Below, piece after piece: positions 1 through 10,163 of a stretch of DNA of 64,000 bases. Position numbers and translations under genes: made by a program. The first letter of the stretch is position 1. Every line of letters begins with the position of its first letter. The stretch comes from a virus (lineage: Duplodnaviria > Caudoviricetes). The notes beneath the pieces are model-generated. The model had not been told where the DNA came from and searched no databases. It was given only the letters and a program-made list of their open reading frames with translations. The stretch lies in the IMG/VR virus record IMGVR_UViG_3300050336_000030; one strand, written 5' to 3'.

Positions 1-222
1 AGCGGCTATGAAAGAGGATTAAGAAAACCGGATTCAAATACATTATTGTCTATTGCAAAATTTTATAATGTAACTGTTGACTACTTGCTTAATGATAACA
101 TTTTCGATGAAACATTTGAAGAAGAATTCAAGTGGGATGAGTTATGTGAACAGATTCGGAGTCTTAATAAAACTGAGCAACGAAAAATTTATAAAATTGT
201 TAGTATTTTAATTGGAAAATAA
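1..222 (+). CDS. XRE-family HTH regulator (3' part; truncated by window edge)
   Basis: Frame 1 reads SGYERGLRKPDSNTLLSIAKFYNVTVDYLL (XRE helices 3-5); TAA at 220-222. Confidence 0.8.
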   Translation, partial: SGYERGLRKPDSNTLLSIAKFYNVTVDYLLNDNIFDETFEEEFKWDELCEQIRSLNKTEQRKIYKIVSILIGK

Positions 223-272
223 TTTATAAAAGGTGTGTTTCTATAGATAAGTAAATCATATGAGGTGGTTTA

Positions 273-668
273 TTGACAATGAATACAAATGAAAATGATA
301 TTATTGATTTAAAAAAAATGTATCCTGATAACAAAGTACAATGTCTTTACAGAAATGAAGCTTTATATCGTAGAATTTATAATCATTCTAAAAAACGAAA
401 GCAGAGCATCGAAGATTATTTATATGACTTAGGATTTACGTATACAAGTGGTATTCTTCATGATGAAGATGATATTGAACAAAGCGATTATGAAAAATTA
501 ATATCTATATACCCTGATTGTAAAGTTATAAATATATCAAAAATACCCTCTTTATATGAGGGAATTAAATATCATGCAAAGAAAATGGATTTAACCATTG
601 ATGAATATATAGAAAAATTAGGATTTACAATGATATATCCAATTGGAAATAGGCATCATATAAATTAA
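273..668 (+). CDS. hypothetical protein with two tandem ~55-aa repeats
   Basis: YPDxKV...LY..I..H.KK...I..Y...LGFT occurs twice; RBS GAGGTGG. Confidence 0.7.
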   Translation: MTMNTNENDIIDLKKMYPDNKVQCLYRNEALYRRIYNHSKKRKQSIEDYLYDLGFTYTSGILHDEDDIEQSDYEKLISIYPDCKVINISKIPSLYEGIKYHAKKMDLTIDEYIEKLGFTMIYPIGNRHHIN

Positions 669-797
669 ATAATTCAAATAGAAACATCAAAACACAATTT
701 GAATTACTTTTAGGCTATAACTATGCCTATTTATAGTAACAAATAATACCAATATTTTAAAATACCGTAAAAGATATGTGAAACAATAATAAAAGTG

Positions 798-826
798 TTG
801 ACATGTTCTTTTTGTTATGCTATATT
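798..826 (+). promoter_or_regulatory. sigmaA promoter flanked by operator copies
   Basis: TTGACA-17-TATATT; operator variants end at 784 and 846. Confidence 0.7.
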
Positions 827-1030
827 AAGTATAAGAAATATGAAACGAATACGAATAATCTGATTCGTAGACGAATATACTTTAATATAACAATAAGAAA
901 GGATGTGTCTAAAATTAAAAATTTAACTATTAAACAATTCAAGTGAGCAACATAGCGAGCAAAGGAGATCAAATATGAATAACGAAAATAATGATTCGAG
1001 CTGAATAAAAATTAAAGGAGAGATTTTATA

Positions 1031-1438
1031 ATGTGTAATGAGAGAGTAGTAATTAAAAGAGGAGATATATTTTACATTGACATACCGAAGGATGAAAAAG
1101 ATAAACATAAACAATGGGGTTGCAGACCTTGTATTGTAGTATCAAATGATAAAAATAACGTATATAACAGTAGGATTCAATATGTACCATTAACATCTAA
1201 AATGAATAAAACAAAATTGCCAACTCATGTACCGTTAATTAATACTGAGATGCAAAAAGAATCTACTGCATTATGTGAATGTATAGACTCAATAGACAAA
1301 TCTTTTATAAGAGAGAAAATAGGCAGAGTTTCTAAAAGAGATATGCTTTATATAGAAATGGGAGTAGATATTCAATTACATTCTAAAGAATATTTACAGT
1401 TTATAGTAAAATTTACAAAACAATTTAATTATGCATAA
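1031..1438 (+). CDS. PemK/MazF-family endoribonuclease-like protein
   Basis: KRGDIFY...QWGCRPCIVVSND.NN...VPLTS....KLPTHV...ALCE.I.SIDK motifs. Confidence 0.85.
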   Translation: MCNERVVIKRGDIFYIDIPKDEKDKHKQWGCRPCIVVSNDKNNVYNSRIQYVPLTSKMNKTKLPTHVPLINTEMQKESTALCECIDSIDKSFIREKIGRVSKRDMLYIEMGVDIQLHSKEYLQFIVKFTKQFNYA

Positions 1439-1470
1439 AAATAGTAATATGGAACACTAAAAATCATATA

Positions 1471-1499
1471 TTGACATTCTTTGGAACTAATGATATGAT
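1471..1499 (+). promoter_or_regulatory. sigmaA promoter of the YopQ/YopR-like genes
   Basis: TTGACA-17-TATGAT; operator variant ATAGTAATATGGAAC at 1441-1455. Confidence 0.65.
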
Positions 1500-1536
1500 T
1501 ATGTTACATATGTTTATTCAAAAGGGAGGTTAATAT

Positions 1537-2784
1537 ATGATTGATGATAAAAAATGTAGAGAAGTACTACAGAGAAAGATAGAACAAATTAAACAAACTA
1601 AACCGAGAGCAGCTGTAAAAGAAATATCTCAGGTTATGGCTGACAGATTTAATGTTGATCATGGTAGAACAATGGATATTTTTAATTATCGTGAACCAAT
1701 TGAATCTATGCCATATGATATGTTATATAAATTAATGGAATCTATCAAAAAGGTTTCTATTGATAGATGGAATGAATTAAATCCAGAAGATTTAGATGTA
1801 AGAAGTTATTTCACAGTTTTAGAAATAGAAAAATATAAAGTTCCACTTGAAGAAAAAGATAAAGATTTTGATATTGTTATAAAGAGCGGAAACTGGCATC
1901 ATACAAATATATACCCATATAACTATTATACAATTCATACTGATATTAATGAAGTTGTGAGATGGAGGGATTATAATAAATTAGGGTTTAATCCAGAAAC
2001 TCAAAGAGACTTAATTGTTGTAGAAACTAATGGAATACCAGTTAAAAAATTAGATATTAAACTTAAGTCAATTAAACAAATGAAAAAGGCTATGATTGAG
2101 GGCACGTACTTTCCTGTACAAGGAATAATCAATATTAATCCAGAACATAACGAAAGCGATATAACAATTATCAATGGAGATTTAATAATTAAAAATGATA
2201 TCAAACTTGATTTAGTAGAAGGCTTCCATAACTATTTGTCAGAAACACAAGTAAAAGATGACAATCCAGATTGGAATTTTCCATGCGAATTTAGATTAAT
2301 ATTTATGAACACATCAAGAACTAACGGTGTGATAAAACAAATGGATATAAAAAATCATTTGGCAGAGACACAAACATCTAGTATGGATGAAAACGATGAT
2401 TATACTTATGTCATAACTCAATTAAATACTTCAAGTGGATTTTATTTGAAAGGTTCAATAGATAAAAAAATGTTTGTTTATCTATATAAAATAATTAAAA
2501 GATTATTTGAAATAGATGGAAATAGAGAAAAAATTGCATTTATTAATAATATAAAAGACAAAATAAATAAAATTATTATCAGAACTGATCATTATGATAA
2601 AGCACTTAGTAAAGAAGAGTGGTTTTCATATTTATATATAATACAAAAAACCAACGATGATTCATTTGATAGAATTATTAATAACGATAAACTATATGAA
2701 ACAATATCTGGAATTTCATTTATGGATACTCCAAGTAAAAAACATTATAAATTATTAGATGTATTATTAAAAGAGGTGATATAA
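1537..2784 (+). CDS. ParB/DndB-like (DGQHR-type) protein, SPbeta YopQ-like
   Basis: FNPETQR...I.INI...LDLVEGFHN resembles the DGxHR motif; lies directly upstream of the YopR-like gene. Confidence 0.55.
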   Translation: MIDDKKCREVLQRKIEQIKQTKPRAAVKEISQVMADRFNVDHGRTMDIFNYREPIESMPYDMLYKLMESIKKVSIDRWNELNPEDLDVRSYFTVLEIEKYKVPLEEKDKDFDIVIKSGNWHHTNIYPYNYYTIHTDINEVVRWRDYNKLGFNPETQRDLIVVETNGIPVKKLDIKLKSIKQMKKAMIEGTYFPVQGIININPEHNESDITIINGDLIIKNDIKLDLVEGFHNYLSETQVKDDNPDWNFPCEFRLIFMNTSRTNGVIKQMDIKNHLAETQTSSMDENDDYTYVITQLNTSSGFYLKGSIDKKMFVYLYKIIKRLFEIDGNREKIAFINNIKDKINKIIIRTDHYDKALSKEEWFSYLYIIQKTNDDSFDRIINNDKLYETISGISFMDTPSKKHYKLLDVLLKEVI

Positions 2785-3794
2785 TGGAAATTAAAGAAGA
2801 TTTATATTATAGGGAAACTAAGTATCAGAAAAAAAGATATTTAGAAAACTGTAGATTTGAAGAACCTACACGCGAGGTTATAGATAAGTGGTTTAGAATG
2901 TCGAATGTTGTTGAATCAAAAGAAAATACTGATTTAGCTAACTTTAATAGAAAACAAGTTATGAATCTATACAAAAATTTTAATTCAAAATCCAAGCATA
3001 CATTAATTACAGTATCTTTATATTTTTCTGATTATTATAATTGGTGCATATCTGAGGGATTGATTGATTCTAGGAGTTTTATTAATCAATATGATATTAA
3101 AATGGTTAAAAGTATAATAGATGAAATCATTCCAATTGAATTAATATCAGATAAAGTTATTACGAAAAATGATATTATCAATGTTTATTTGGAAAAAGTT
3201 CCAGATGTTTCAAATAAACTATTGTTATATGCGCCATTTTGTGGCGTATATGGGAATGAAGCTTCTGATTTAGTACTTTTAAAGATTGAAGATATTGATG
3301 AAAATAATAAAACAGTTCGTTTAAATTCATCTAAAGTTTTAAATGTAGACGATTTATTTGTTGAATTAGCAAAGAAAGCTAACGAAGCTAAAAAATATAT
3401 GCCAGAGGGGGTAGCTGGCGAAGTCAGAGCAATAAGACCCGAAAGGTATGTATATGATGAGAGTGATTATATAATAAAAGCTTGCGACACAGGCAAAAAA
3501 GATACACCAGCTAGTTACAAAATGATATTAGCTAGATACAGCTTAATTCAAAAACAGACGGAGAATAGATCTATAAATGGAAATAATTTATATAAAAGCG
3601 GATTAGTAAATTATGTTAAAGAGAAATTTAATGAACGTGGAATCACATTAAAGAAAGCCGTTTATGATAAATATAGTGGAAGAAATTATACTTATTCTAG
3701 TGATATTCAAGAATATATAAATGAGTTTGGATCCAATATGAATGACAGAATGTTTAGATTGAGATTTGGAGAATATTTAGATTTATATGAATAA
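2784..3794 (+). CDS. tyrosine-recombinase-fold repressor, SPbeta YopR/MrpR-like
   Basis: N-terminal SAM-like region (DL.NF...L...Y.WC); FCGVYG...DL..LK..DID and LYKSG in place of catalytic R/HxxR, so probably catalytically dead. Confidence 0.65.
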   Translation: MEIKEDLYYRETKYQKKRYLENCRFEEPTREVIDKWFRMSNVVESKENTDLANFNRKQVMNLYKNFNSKSKHTLITVSLYFSDYYNWCISEGLIDSRSFINQYDIKMVKSIIDEIIPIELISDKVITKNDIINVYLEKVPDVSNKLLLYAPFCGVYGNEASDLVLLKIEDIDENNKTVRLNSSKVLNVDDLFVELAKKANEAKKYMPEGVAGEVRAIRPERYVYDESDYIIKACDTGKKDTPASYKMILARYSLIQKQTENRSINGNNLYKSGLVNYVKEKFNERGITLKKAVYDKYSGRNYTYSSDIQEYINEFGSNMNDRMFRLRFGEYLDLYE

Positions 3795-3876
3795 AAATAA
3801 AGGGTGGATAACCACCCAATATTTTATAATAAAAGCAATATGAAACATCTAGAAATAAAAATTACGGATTAACGGA

Positions 3877-3926
3877 TTGAATAAATAAAAGTAATGTGAT
3901 ATAATAAAAACAAGAACAAACGTTCG
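3877..3926 (+). promoter_or_regulatory. sigmaA promoter with Gram-positive LexA (SOS) box
   Basis: TTGAAT-17-TATAAT (3877-3905); AGAAC-AAAC-GTTCG at 3913-3926. Confidence 0.7.
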
Positions 3927-3943
3927 AAAATTTGCTAAACAGT

Positions 3944-4018
3944 AAAAATTAGAAGTACAGTTAACTTTGGTCGGCAACCTGTACTTCTAATTAAGAACTA
4001 TCAACTCATGCGATAGTC
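3944..4018 (-). ncRNA. putative antisense sRNA to the leader of ORF 4080-4385
   Basis: Minus-strand TTGCTA-17-TATAAT (4053-4025); 14-bp hairpin 3947-3992 followed by a T-run on the minus strand. Confidence 0.5.
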
Positions 4019-4079
4019 AGGATTATTATAGCATAACCCCTCTATCGTAGCAATGAAAATCAAGGGGGATTTACAAAGT

Positions 4080-4385
4080 ATGGTAAATAATTTTAATAAT
4101 TTCTTAAAGCAGCTCAGAAGAAACTTACTTACAAACGATATTACTGAATATGAAATCACAGAGCATTTTGATATAAATGGGGATCGTACATATAAAGTAA
4201 ATAATCTTAACTATGAAATAGAATTTGATATGATATACTTTAAAGACGAAGAAGAAAAATTAATGTATATTAATTATGTTCTAAGAAATTTCATATTGCA
4301 GTCATTGACAGCTATCGATTTTACAAAAGACTTGACTAAGTTGTACTTTGAATCTGGATATATCACAATTAAAACAATTGACTAG
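4080..4385 (+). CDS. hypothetical protein, putatively SOS-regulated
   Basis: ORF track 4053-4385; RBS AAGGGGG favours the ATG at 4080; terminator hairpin 4395-4419. Confidence 0.7.
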   Translation: MVNNFNNFLKQLRRNLLTNDITEYEITEHFDINGDRTYKVNNLNYEIEFDMIYFKDEEEKLMYINYVLRNFILQSLTAIDFTKDLTKLYFESGYITIKTID

Positions 4386-4530
4386 TTTAGTGAATGGCAG
4401 CCTATAAACGACTGCCATATTTTTAAAAATAATCGTAATAGTTATATGAAACGTATTGACAAACGAAATTATTAGTAGTAATATAATGGTATAAGATAAA
4501 GAAAGGGGATAGAAAGGTCGTGAACACAAG

Positions 4531-4692
4531 TTGAGCTATAAAAGATGTAAAAAAGATTTAGAGAGTTTTATTAAATATAATGAAAAGCTAATTGCAAAAT
4601 TAGAAGCCAGTAACGGAGATATACATAAGATAAATAAACTGAAAGAGAACGTGGAATTGTATGAACAGCAGCTGAAAGAATTTGATATGTAA
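4531..4692 (+). CDS. small hypothetical protein
   Basis: TTG-start 53-aa ORF after promoter TTGACA at 4456 and GAAAGG. Confidence 0.5.
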   Translation: MSYKRCKKDLESFIKYNEKLIAKLEASNGDIHKINKLKENVELYEQQLKEFDM

Positions 4693-4777
4693 TAGTGATA
4701 TGAACCAAAAATGTTGAAAGGAATTGTGTGATAGTATTTTACAAATAATAAGGTAGAATAAAATATAAGAGGTAGAT

Positions 4778-5080
4778 ATGAATTTTAATTTCAGTAAATT
4801 AAATAAGTATGAAAAAGTAAGCTATTTGCAGCGTTTTATATTGGTTCATAGTTATATTTATTATGAGTTAGATAAAAATATTATATCAGATAAACAGTAC
4901 GATGAATCAGCTAGATTATTAGCGGAAATGCAGAATGAAGTTGAATTAAATAAAACTGATTACGGATATGTATTTGATGGATTTACAGGAGTAACCGGCT
5001 TTGATCTGTTCAGCAAACTTACAGATAAAGACAAGAATAAAATTGTTGATATATCAATAACAGTAGTAAAGAAGCAATAA
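4778..5080 (+). CDS. stand-alone NAD-dependent DNA ligase N-terminal (Ia)-like domain protein
   Basis: ILVHSYIYYELDKNIISDKQYD matches the LigA Ia YY..D...ISD.EYD motif. Confidence 0.6.
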   Translation: MNFNFSKLNKYEKVSYLQRFILVHSYIYYELDKNIISDKQYDESARLLAEMQNEVELNKTDYGYVFDGFTGVTGFDLFSKLTDKDKNKIVDISITVVKKQ

Positions 5081-5256
5081 TTAGTTAAATAAATGCAAAC
5101 AAAACCGTTTGAAAATTATAAAATTAAACAAAAATGGTTGCAGAAAGGAGATTGTATGATATATGTTGAACTGTCTACTGAAGATAAAAATATTGATATT
5201 CATGAACCTACGCAGGAAGAAATCGAGGAAATGTTTGAAGAGGATGGTGATAATAA

Positions 5257-5532
5257 GTGAATCATCGAAGAATAGTGAATGGAGTTACGGTTGATGATAC
5301 TGAACTATATAAGCAGATAGATTTTCATAAAAGAGAGTCAAATCATTGGAAGCAGATGTATATAGGACTAAGTAGGGATTATATGAAACAATACAAAGAG
5401 TTAAAAAGCTATAAGGAAAAGGCAATTAATAAAACTAAGATATGTTGCAAATGCAACGGAATTATGAAACATATAGATGATTTTGGGTTTTACGTTTGCT
5501 TAAACTGTGGAAATAGTGAGGTGAAAGAATGA
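5257..5532 (+). CDS. hypothetical protein with C-terminal Zn ribbon
   Basis: CCKC...CLNCG. Confidence 0.6.
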   Translation: MNHRRIVNGVTVDDTELYKQIDFHKRESNHWKQMYIGLSRDYMKQYKELKSYKEKAINKTKICCKCNGIMKHIDDFGFYVCLNCGNSEVKE

Positions 5533-5673
5533 TAGAAGAATTAATTATGTGGTTACTAGGAATAGGAATTGTTGGATACATATTATATTTAGTGATAGAA
5601 AATGGATTATATTTACATAAAAAGTATCAAAACAATAGATAAAATATGGAATTGCTTCAGAAAGGAGATTGCT

Positions 5674-5859
5674 TTGAGAATTAAATATTTAATTATAAAT
5701 CTTTTTTATTTATTATGTATTATTGGAACAATTACTATTCCTACTGGAATAATATTATGGATATGGGTCGCTGGTAATTTGGGATTAAAAATTGCCGTAA
5801 CTGGAATTATTATTAGTGTTATATCTTATGGAATTGCAGAAGCTTTAGAAAGTATTTAA
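5674..5859 (+). CDS. small membrane protein
   Basis: Two hydrophobic segments; TTG after AGAAAGGAG. Confidence 0.6.
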   Translation: MRIKYLIINLFYLLCIIGTITIPTGIILWIWVAGNLGLKIAVTGIIISVISYGIAEALESI

Positions 5860-6088
5860 ATTTGGAGATTTGTCTAGAAAGGAGAGTATTGTTATTAAAA
5901 AAGAGAAGAAATGTAAAAATTGTATATTCTCTAAGTATTTACAAGGAGAATCAATACTAGCATCAGGATATATATGTTACAAAAATCCATTTAAACCGAA
6001 AGGTAAGGGATTATTTGGTGGTTGTGGAGATGATAAAGAAAAACAAATGTGAGTCAAATGGAAGTTTTGTAGAGAAAGGATGGGATAA

Positions 6089-6376
6089 ATGAATCCGTAT
6101 AATATGGATGAAAGTAAACAAGATTTAGTTAAACTAGAAGCATTATTTAATGCTCAAGTTGATACACAGGTAATATTGCAGCTTTTGATTGATAAAGGAA
6201 TATGCACTAGATCAGAAATTAATTTACATAGAGAAAAAGTTAAGGAATTACCTAAATATAAAGCCACTGCTGATTATATCAAACAATCTAAAGAAACGGT
6301 TGATTATTATAATAAAAATCCAGAACAACATCTAAGAGATATATTTAAGGCAAAAATGGATGGAAAGATAAAATAA
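6089..6376 (+). CDS. hypothetical protein
   Basis: ORF with RBS, bounded by sites 6053 and 6373. Confidence 0.7.
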   Translation: MNPYNMDESKQDLVKLEALFNAQVDTQVILQLLIDKGICTRSEINLHREKVKELPKYKATADYIKQSKETVDYYNKNPEQHLRDIFKAKMDGKIK

Positions 6377-6405
6377 AAACTAATTTTGATTAAGAAAGGA
6401 ATAAA

Positions 6406-6675
6406 ATGTTTGAATATAAAGACATATATGGGACTCCATGTTTTACAAATGATGGTTGGAAAACTTGTCAAATTGGAATTAAACATCCCGATATACAATA
6501 TATTGGCGATCTTAGTAATTTAAATATAACTGATAAAAATACATATATTGATCAAATTAATTATTATATGGAACATCCAATAGAGTTTATAGAAATGTCG
6601 ACTGGATTAAAATTAAAATGGTATCAAAAATTAGTACTTAAAACAACTTTAAAAAATAATAAAAGGAGGAATTAA
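6406..6675 (+). CDS. hypothetical protein
   Basis: ORF with RBS; C-terminal HPIEFIE...GLKLKWYQK. Confidence 0.65.
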   Translation: MFEYKDIYGTPCFTNDGWKTCQIGIKHPDIQYIGDLSNLNITDKNTYIDQINYYMEHPIEFIEMSTGLKLKWYQKLVLKTTLKNNKRRN

Positions 6676-6677
6676 TT

Positions 6678-6890
6678 ATGCAAGAATTTTCAAGATATGA
6701 ATGTGATTTATTAACAAATTGTGCAGACGAACCGGAGAGATATGGAATTAATATTAATAGTAAAACAAGTGAAGTAACGATAACCGATAAATTACATAAT
6801 AAAAATTGGAGATTAGGAAATGAAAAAGATGTATTGGTTAAATTATTTAGATATTGCCAGATAGAGCCATCCTTTAAAATTAGTAAATAG
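6678..6890 (+). CDS. hypothetical protein
   Basis: ORF with GGAGG RBS. Confidence 0.6.
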   Translation: MQEFSRYECDLLTNCADEPERYGININSKTSEVTITDKLHNKNWRLGNEKDVLVKLFRYCQIEPSFKISK

Positions 6891-6969
6891 TGATAGTAAT
6901 ATAAAACAAATACTTGACACATTATAAAATAAGTGATAATATAATATTGTAGTGATAGTTATATGAAAC
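6890..6969 (+). promoter_or_regulatory. early promoter bracketed by two operators
   Basis: GTGATAGTAATATAAAAC, then TTGACA(6914)-17-TAATAT, then GTGATAGTTATATGAAAC. Confidence 0.75.
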
Positions 6970-6984
6970 GTAACAGAAAGGAAA

Positions 6985-7260
6985 GTGATTAATATTAATT
7001 TAAGTGATAAAGACAAAAAGGAGATGTGCCAATGCCGTAAATGTGGTCGTGTATTTAATCAAAATGAGGTTAAACATGTACATAAAAAGCAACTTGGACA
7101 GAATATTACATATGGGGTATGTCCCGAATGTGGAAGTATAGAATGGGGATTAATTAATTATCCTATTCAAGAAGAAGACTTAATTTACAAGACAGGAAAG
7201 TTTTATTTATATAACGGTAGACATATTAGAAATAACTTACATAAACTTGGAGTGTATTAG
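6985..7260 (+). CDS. Zn-finger hypothetical protein
   Basis: CRKC...CPECG. Confidence 0.65.
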   Translation: MININLSDKDKKEMCQCRKCGRVFNQNEVKHVHKKQLGQNITYGVCPECGSIEWGLINYPIQEEDLIYKTGKFYLYNGRHIRNNLHKLGVY

Positions 7261-7699
7261 AAGAAAGGTGGATTAATATGCAGTATTTATTTAATGAAAA
7301 AGAATTTGAATCATATAAAAGAATGAAAAATGACAGAGAAATTAATTTAAAAGCTTTGGAATTATATCTTGAAAATAATAGTGGCAACAGAAGTATGTTA
7401 AAGGATAGACCGCTATTTGAAGAAGATAGGAAGAAACATAAAGAGGAAAATAGCAAATAAACTGTTTGATTTATTGAGAAAGGAGAATATATTTGGATCA
7501 AAAAATATTAATTAGTTATGCAAAATATGGGTTGGTAGTTCTAATAAAAGAAAATGAAAATGCTGAATTGATAGAAAGACATTACGGAAATGATATAGAA
7601 GCGGAGCAAATACATAAAGAGAATCTGGTTTTTAAAAATGATTTATTGGAATTATCAAAGTAAAATACGGATTCTACGTATAAAATGAAAGGAAAATAT

Positions 7700-8044
7700 A
7701 TGAATTTAAATAAAAGATTAACAGATAGACAATCTGGTGGTATTTGCATGGATGATATTGAAAAAATTATGGAAAAATTAAAGTTTTTTGAAGATACTTA
7801 TGAAGATGGTAAACTCTTAATTTTACCTTGTAAAATAGGTGATGAAATATATTACATAGAGGATAAATATATAAGTTGTTCTGGATGCCCGTATTTTGAT
7901 GATGAAGATAGTTGCGAACATCAAGATAGATGTCCTCAGACAATTAAAAAGATTAAATTTCAGCATAGTATGATTCCTTTTATTAGAACATCATATTTTC
8001 TCACAAAAGAAGAAGCTGAAAAAGAGTTTAATAAATATCTATAA
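7700..8044 (+). CDS. hypothetical phage protein (RLT...FED family)
   Basis: Paralog of the genes at 10164 and 35359; LLILPCKIGD...FLTKEEAEK. Confidence 0.65.
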   Translation: MNLNKRLTDRQSGGICMDDIEKIMEKLKFFEDTYEDGKLLILPCKIGDEIYYIEDKYISCSGCPYFDDEDSCEHQDRCPQTIKKIKFQHSMIPFIRTSYFLTKEEAEKEFNKYL

Positions 8045-8074
8045 AAAACTGATTTCATGAAGAAAGGAAAAAAT

Positions 8075-8344
8075 ATGGCAAGTAAAAGATATTATGTATG
8101 TGATTATTGCAAAAAGGAAGAACAAACTGAAAATAATGGATGGAAACCTAATGGATGGCAAAGCGTTGAGCTAAGATTAGGACAATATAACAGCAAAACA
8201 TTTGATTTATGCTATGAGTGTTCAAAGAAATTAGGTTTGGTTAAAGAAGATAAAAAACCAAAAGATATTAGTGAGCCAACTACATATGAAAAGTTATTTG
8301 ACATTATTTCTGAAATAGTAAATGAAGCAATAGATAATAGATAG
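8075..8344 (+). CDS. Zn-binding hypothetical protein
   Basis: CDYC...DLCYEC. Confidence 0.65.
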   Translation: MASKRYYVCDYCKKEEQTENNGWKPNGWQSVELRLGQYNSKTFDLCYECSKKLGLVKEDKKPKDISEPTTYEKLFDIISEIVNEAIDNR

Positions 8345-8388
8345 TAATATGAAACGTGAAATTTATAGAGAAAAAGAAAGGATAGAAA

Positions 8389-8604
8389 ATGGAAGAAAGA
8401 CTTAGAGTAGAAAAAGCGTTCAAAGATTTAGGTATAAAGATAAAGAGGTTTAGAAGATATAAATCTACATATAGCATATTGAACAGTTTGTCTAAAAAAT
8501 GGAATAAATTGACCAAGGATGATAAAGAACATTATTCTAAAGAAATAGCAGGAGATAAAGATGCTGTCGCATTTAGACATAATATGGATCAAAAAACAAC
8601 ATGA
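8389..8604 (+). CDS. hypothetical protein resembling a tape-measure repeat fragment
   Basis: LGI....YKSTY.IL..LSKKW..LT......IAG. Confidence 0.55.
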   Translation: MEERLRVEKAFKDLGIKIKRFRRYKSTYSILNSLSKKWNKLTKDDKEHYSKEIAGDKDAVAFRHNMDQKTT

Positions 8605-9105
8605 AATCATTCTTCAATTAAGTTATAAGAAAGGAAGCAATATGAAAGATAAAATAAATACGTTTTTAGCATTAATGATTCATTTCTTCGCAATACTATG
8701 CATCGGAGAGGGGGTTGGAGAATTCATAATAAGCCGAAAAGTTACATGGTGCACTTGGCTAAATTTTATTAGTTGTATTGTATTTATATGTTTATATGCA
8801 TACATATCATTTAAGAGTGATATAAAACGAAATGAGTAATTACGTCAAAGAAGAGCTTTGATGAGATTTAATGAAAGGAGACTTTATGTTAGTTAAAGTA
8901 AAATTAATAAGTGATTCTAGTCTTCAGGAAATGTTCCAAGATGTAATTTCAATTACTTCTACATATTATAATTATGTTATTGTAACGGATAAAGCTGCAG
9001 TTGGTGGAGCAAAGTTTTTTGACAAAGAAATTTACTATTTAGAAGTATGCAATTAAAAGACTATAAAAACAACAATCTATGGTCAATTTGAAAGGAGAAA
9101 GTAGA

Positions 9106-9546
9106 ATGAACAATAGTAATGAAGGATTTGTAATATTGACAAATATGATTAAATCAGCCGTAGACGACGTTATGGCATTAGATAACGCTCTTACTGATTT
9201 AAAACAAGAAACAAATAATATTGACAATATAGTAAGAATTAATGGAAATGATTTTACAGACTACGACAAAGCAATAGAATATATAAATAAATTGAAAAGT
9301 AAAGAAGTTGAGAAATGGTATTTACATGATGTTGATTTATTTGGCATAGGTTATGCAATTATGAAATGGTGCCAGGCTAAAAATGTATATTATAACGAAA
9401 ATATACTTAAATCAGCATTAGATGAATATTCAGTAAAATCAGGTGTAATTGGTAGTAATTTTGCTAAAGATGTTTTGCATCTCTATAATAAGATTTCTTC
9501 TTTACCACAGTTTAGAGGAAAAAGATTTGAGGGATTAGTACGATAG
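9106..9546 (+). CDS. hypothetical protein
   Basis: ORF between sites 9063 and 9543. Confidence 0.65.
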   Translation: MNNSNEGFVILTNMIKSAVDDVMALDNALTDLKQETNNIDNIVRINGNDFTDYDKAIEYINKLKSKEVEKWYLHDVDLFGIGYAIMKWCQAKNVYYNENILKSALDEYSVKSGVIGSNFAKDVLHLYNKISSLPQFRGKRFEGLVR

Positions 9547-9597
9547 AAGAGGCATTTTATGCGAAAATTAAAGTTTGATGAAAGGAAATAGAAATTT

Positions 9598-9843
9598 ATG
9601 ACAGTTACAGTATTAAAATCTAGGCTTAATGATATTGAGAAAATTAGAAATGGGTTTAATGTTATGATTAACACTGGTAGAGAAAATCCTGAAAATATCA
9701 AAAAGATGGCTGAGGTTTGTGGGTTTGATAGTCAAAAAGATTTAGAAAACATGCTTAACAATAACTATATTATAAATATGCTTACAAGTGCATATAATGA
9801 CGCAATTGACAATGCGGAATGTCCAAATGTATCAATAGAATAA
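9598..9843 (+). CDS. hypothetical protein
   Basis: ORF with RBS. Confidence 0.6.
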   Translation: MTVTVLKSRLNDIEKIRNGFNVMINTGRENPENIKKMAEVCGFDSQKDLENMLNNNYIINMLTSAYNDAIDNAECPNVSIE

Positions 9844-9883
9844 ACTGAAAGTGGCATAAAATAGAAATTTGGAGGTGATTTAA

Positions 9884-10132
9884 ATGAAAATGACAAAGGA
9901 AGAATTTATTGAGAAGTGCGGTAATGATATTACATTGATGTCAAATGTATCAGGAACTTCTACGGAAGAGTGTGCGGAATCTTTATATGTTACCTATTGT
10001 AGTTTCAATATTGACGAAGACAAAGCAAATGATATTATTGACAAGTTATCAAATTTACCACTTGAGAACCCAGTAAGTGTAAAAGAATTGGAAGATGGAC
10101 TCAAAAACGCAATGAAATATGTTACCAAATAG
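9884..10132 (+). CDS. hypothetical protein (tape-measure-like fragment)
   Basis: ORF with GGAGGTG RBS; LMSNV..TS.EE.A..L......NI....A..IIDKL. Confidence 0.6.
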   Translation: MKMTKEEFIEKCGNDITLMSNVSGTSTEECAESLYVTYCSFNIDEDKANDIIDKLSNLPLENPVSVKELEDGLKNAMKYVTK

Positions 10133-10163
10133 AGGATTGATGCTAAATTTAGAAAGGAGTTTA

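Noticed and set aside
1537-2784. Dnd phosphorothioation system
   Set aside because: Only a DndB-like domain is present, with no dndACDE; context matches the SPbeta-type regulatory operon
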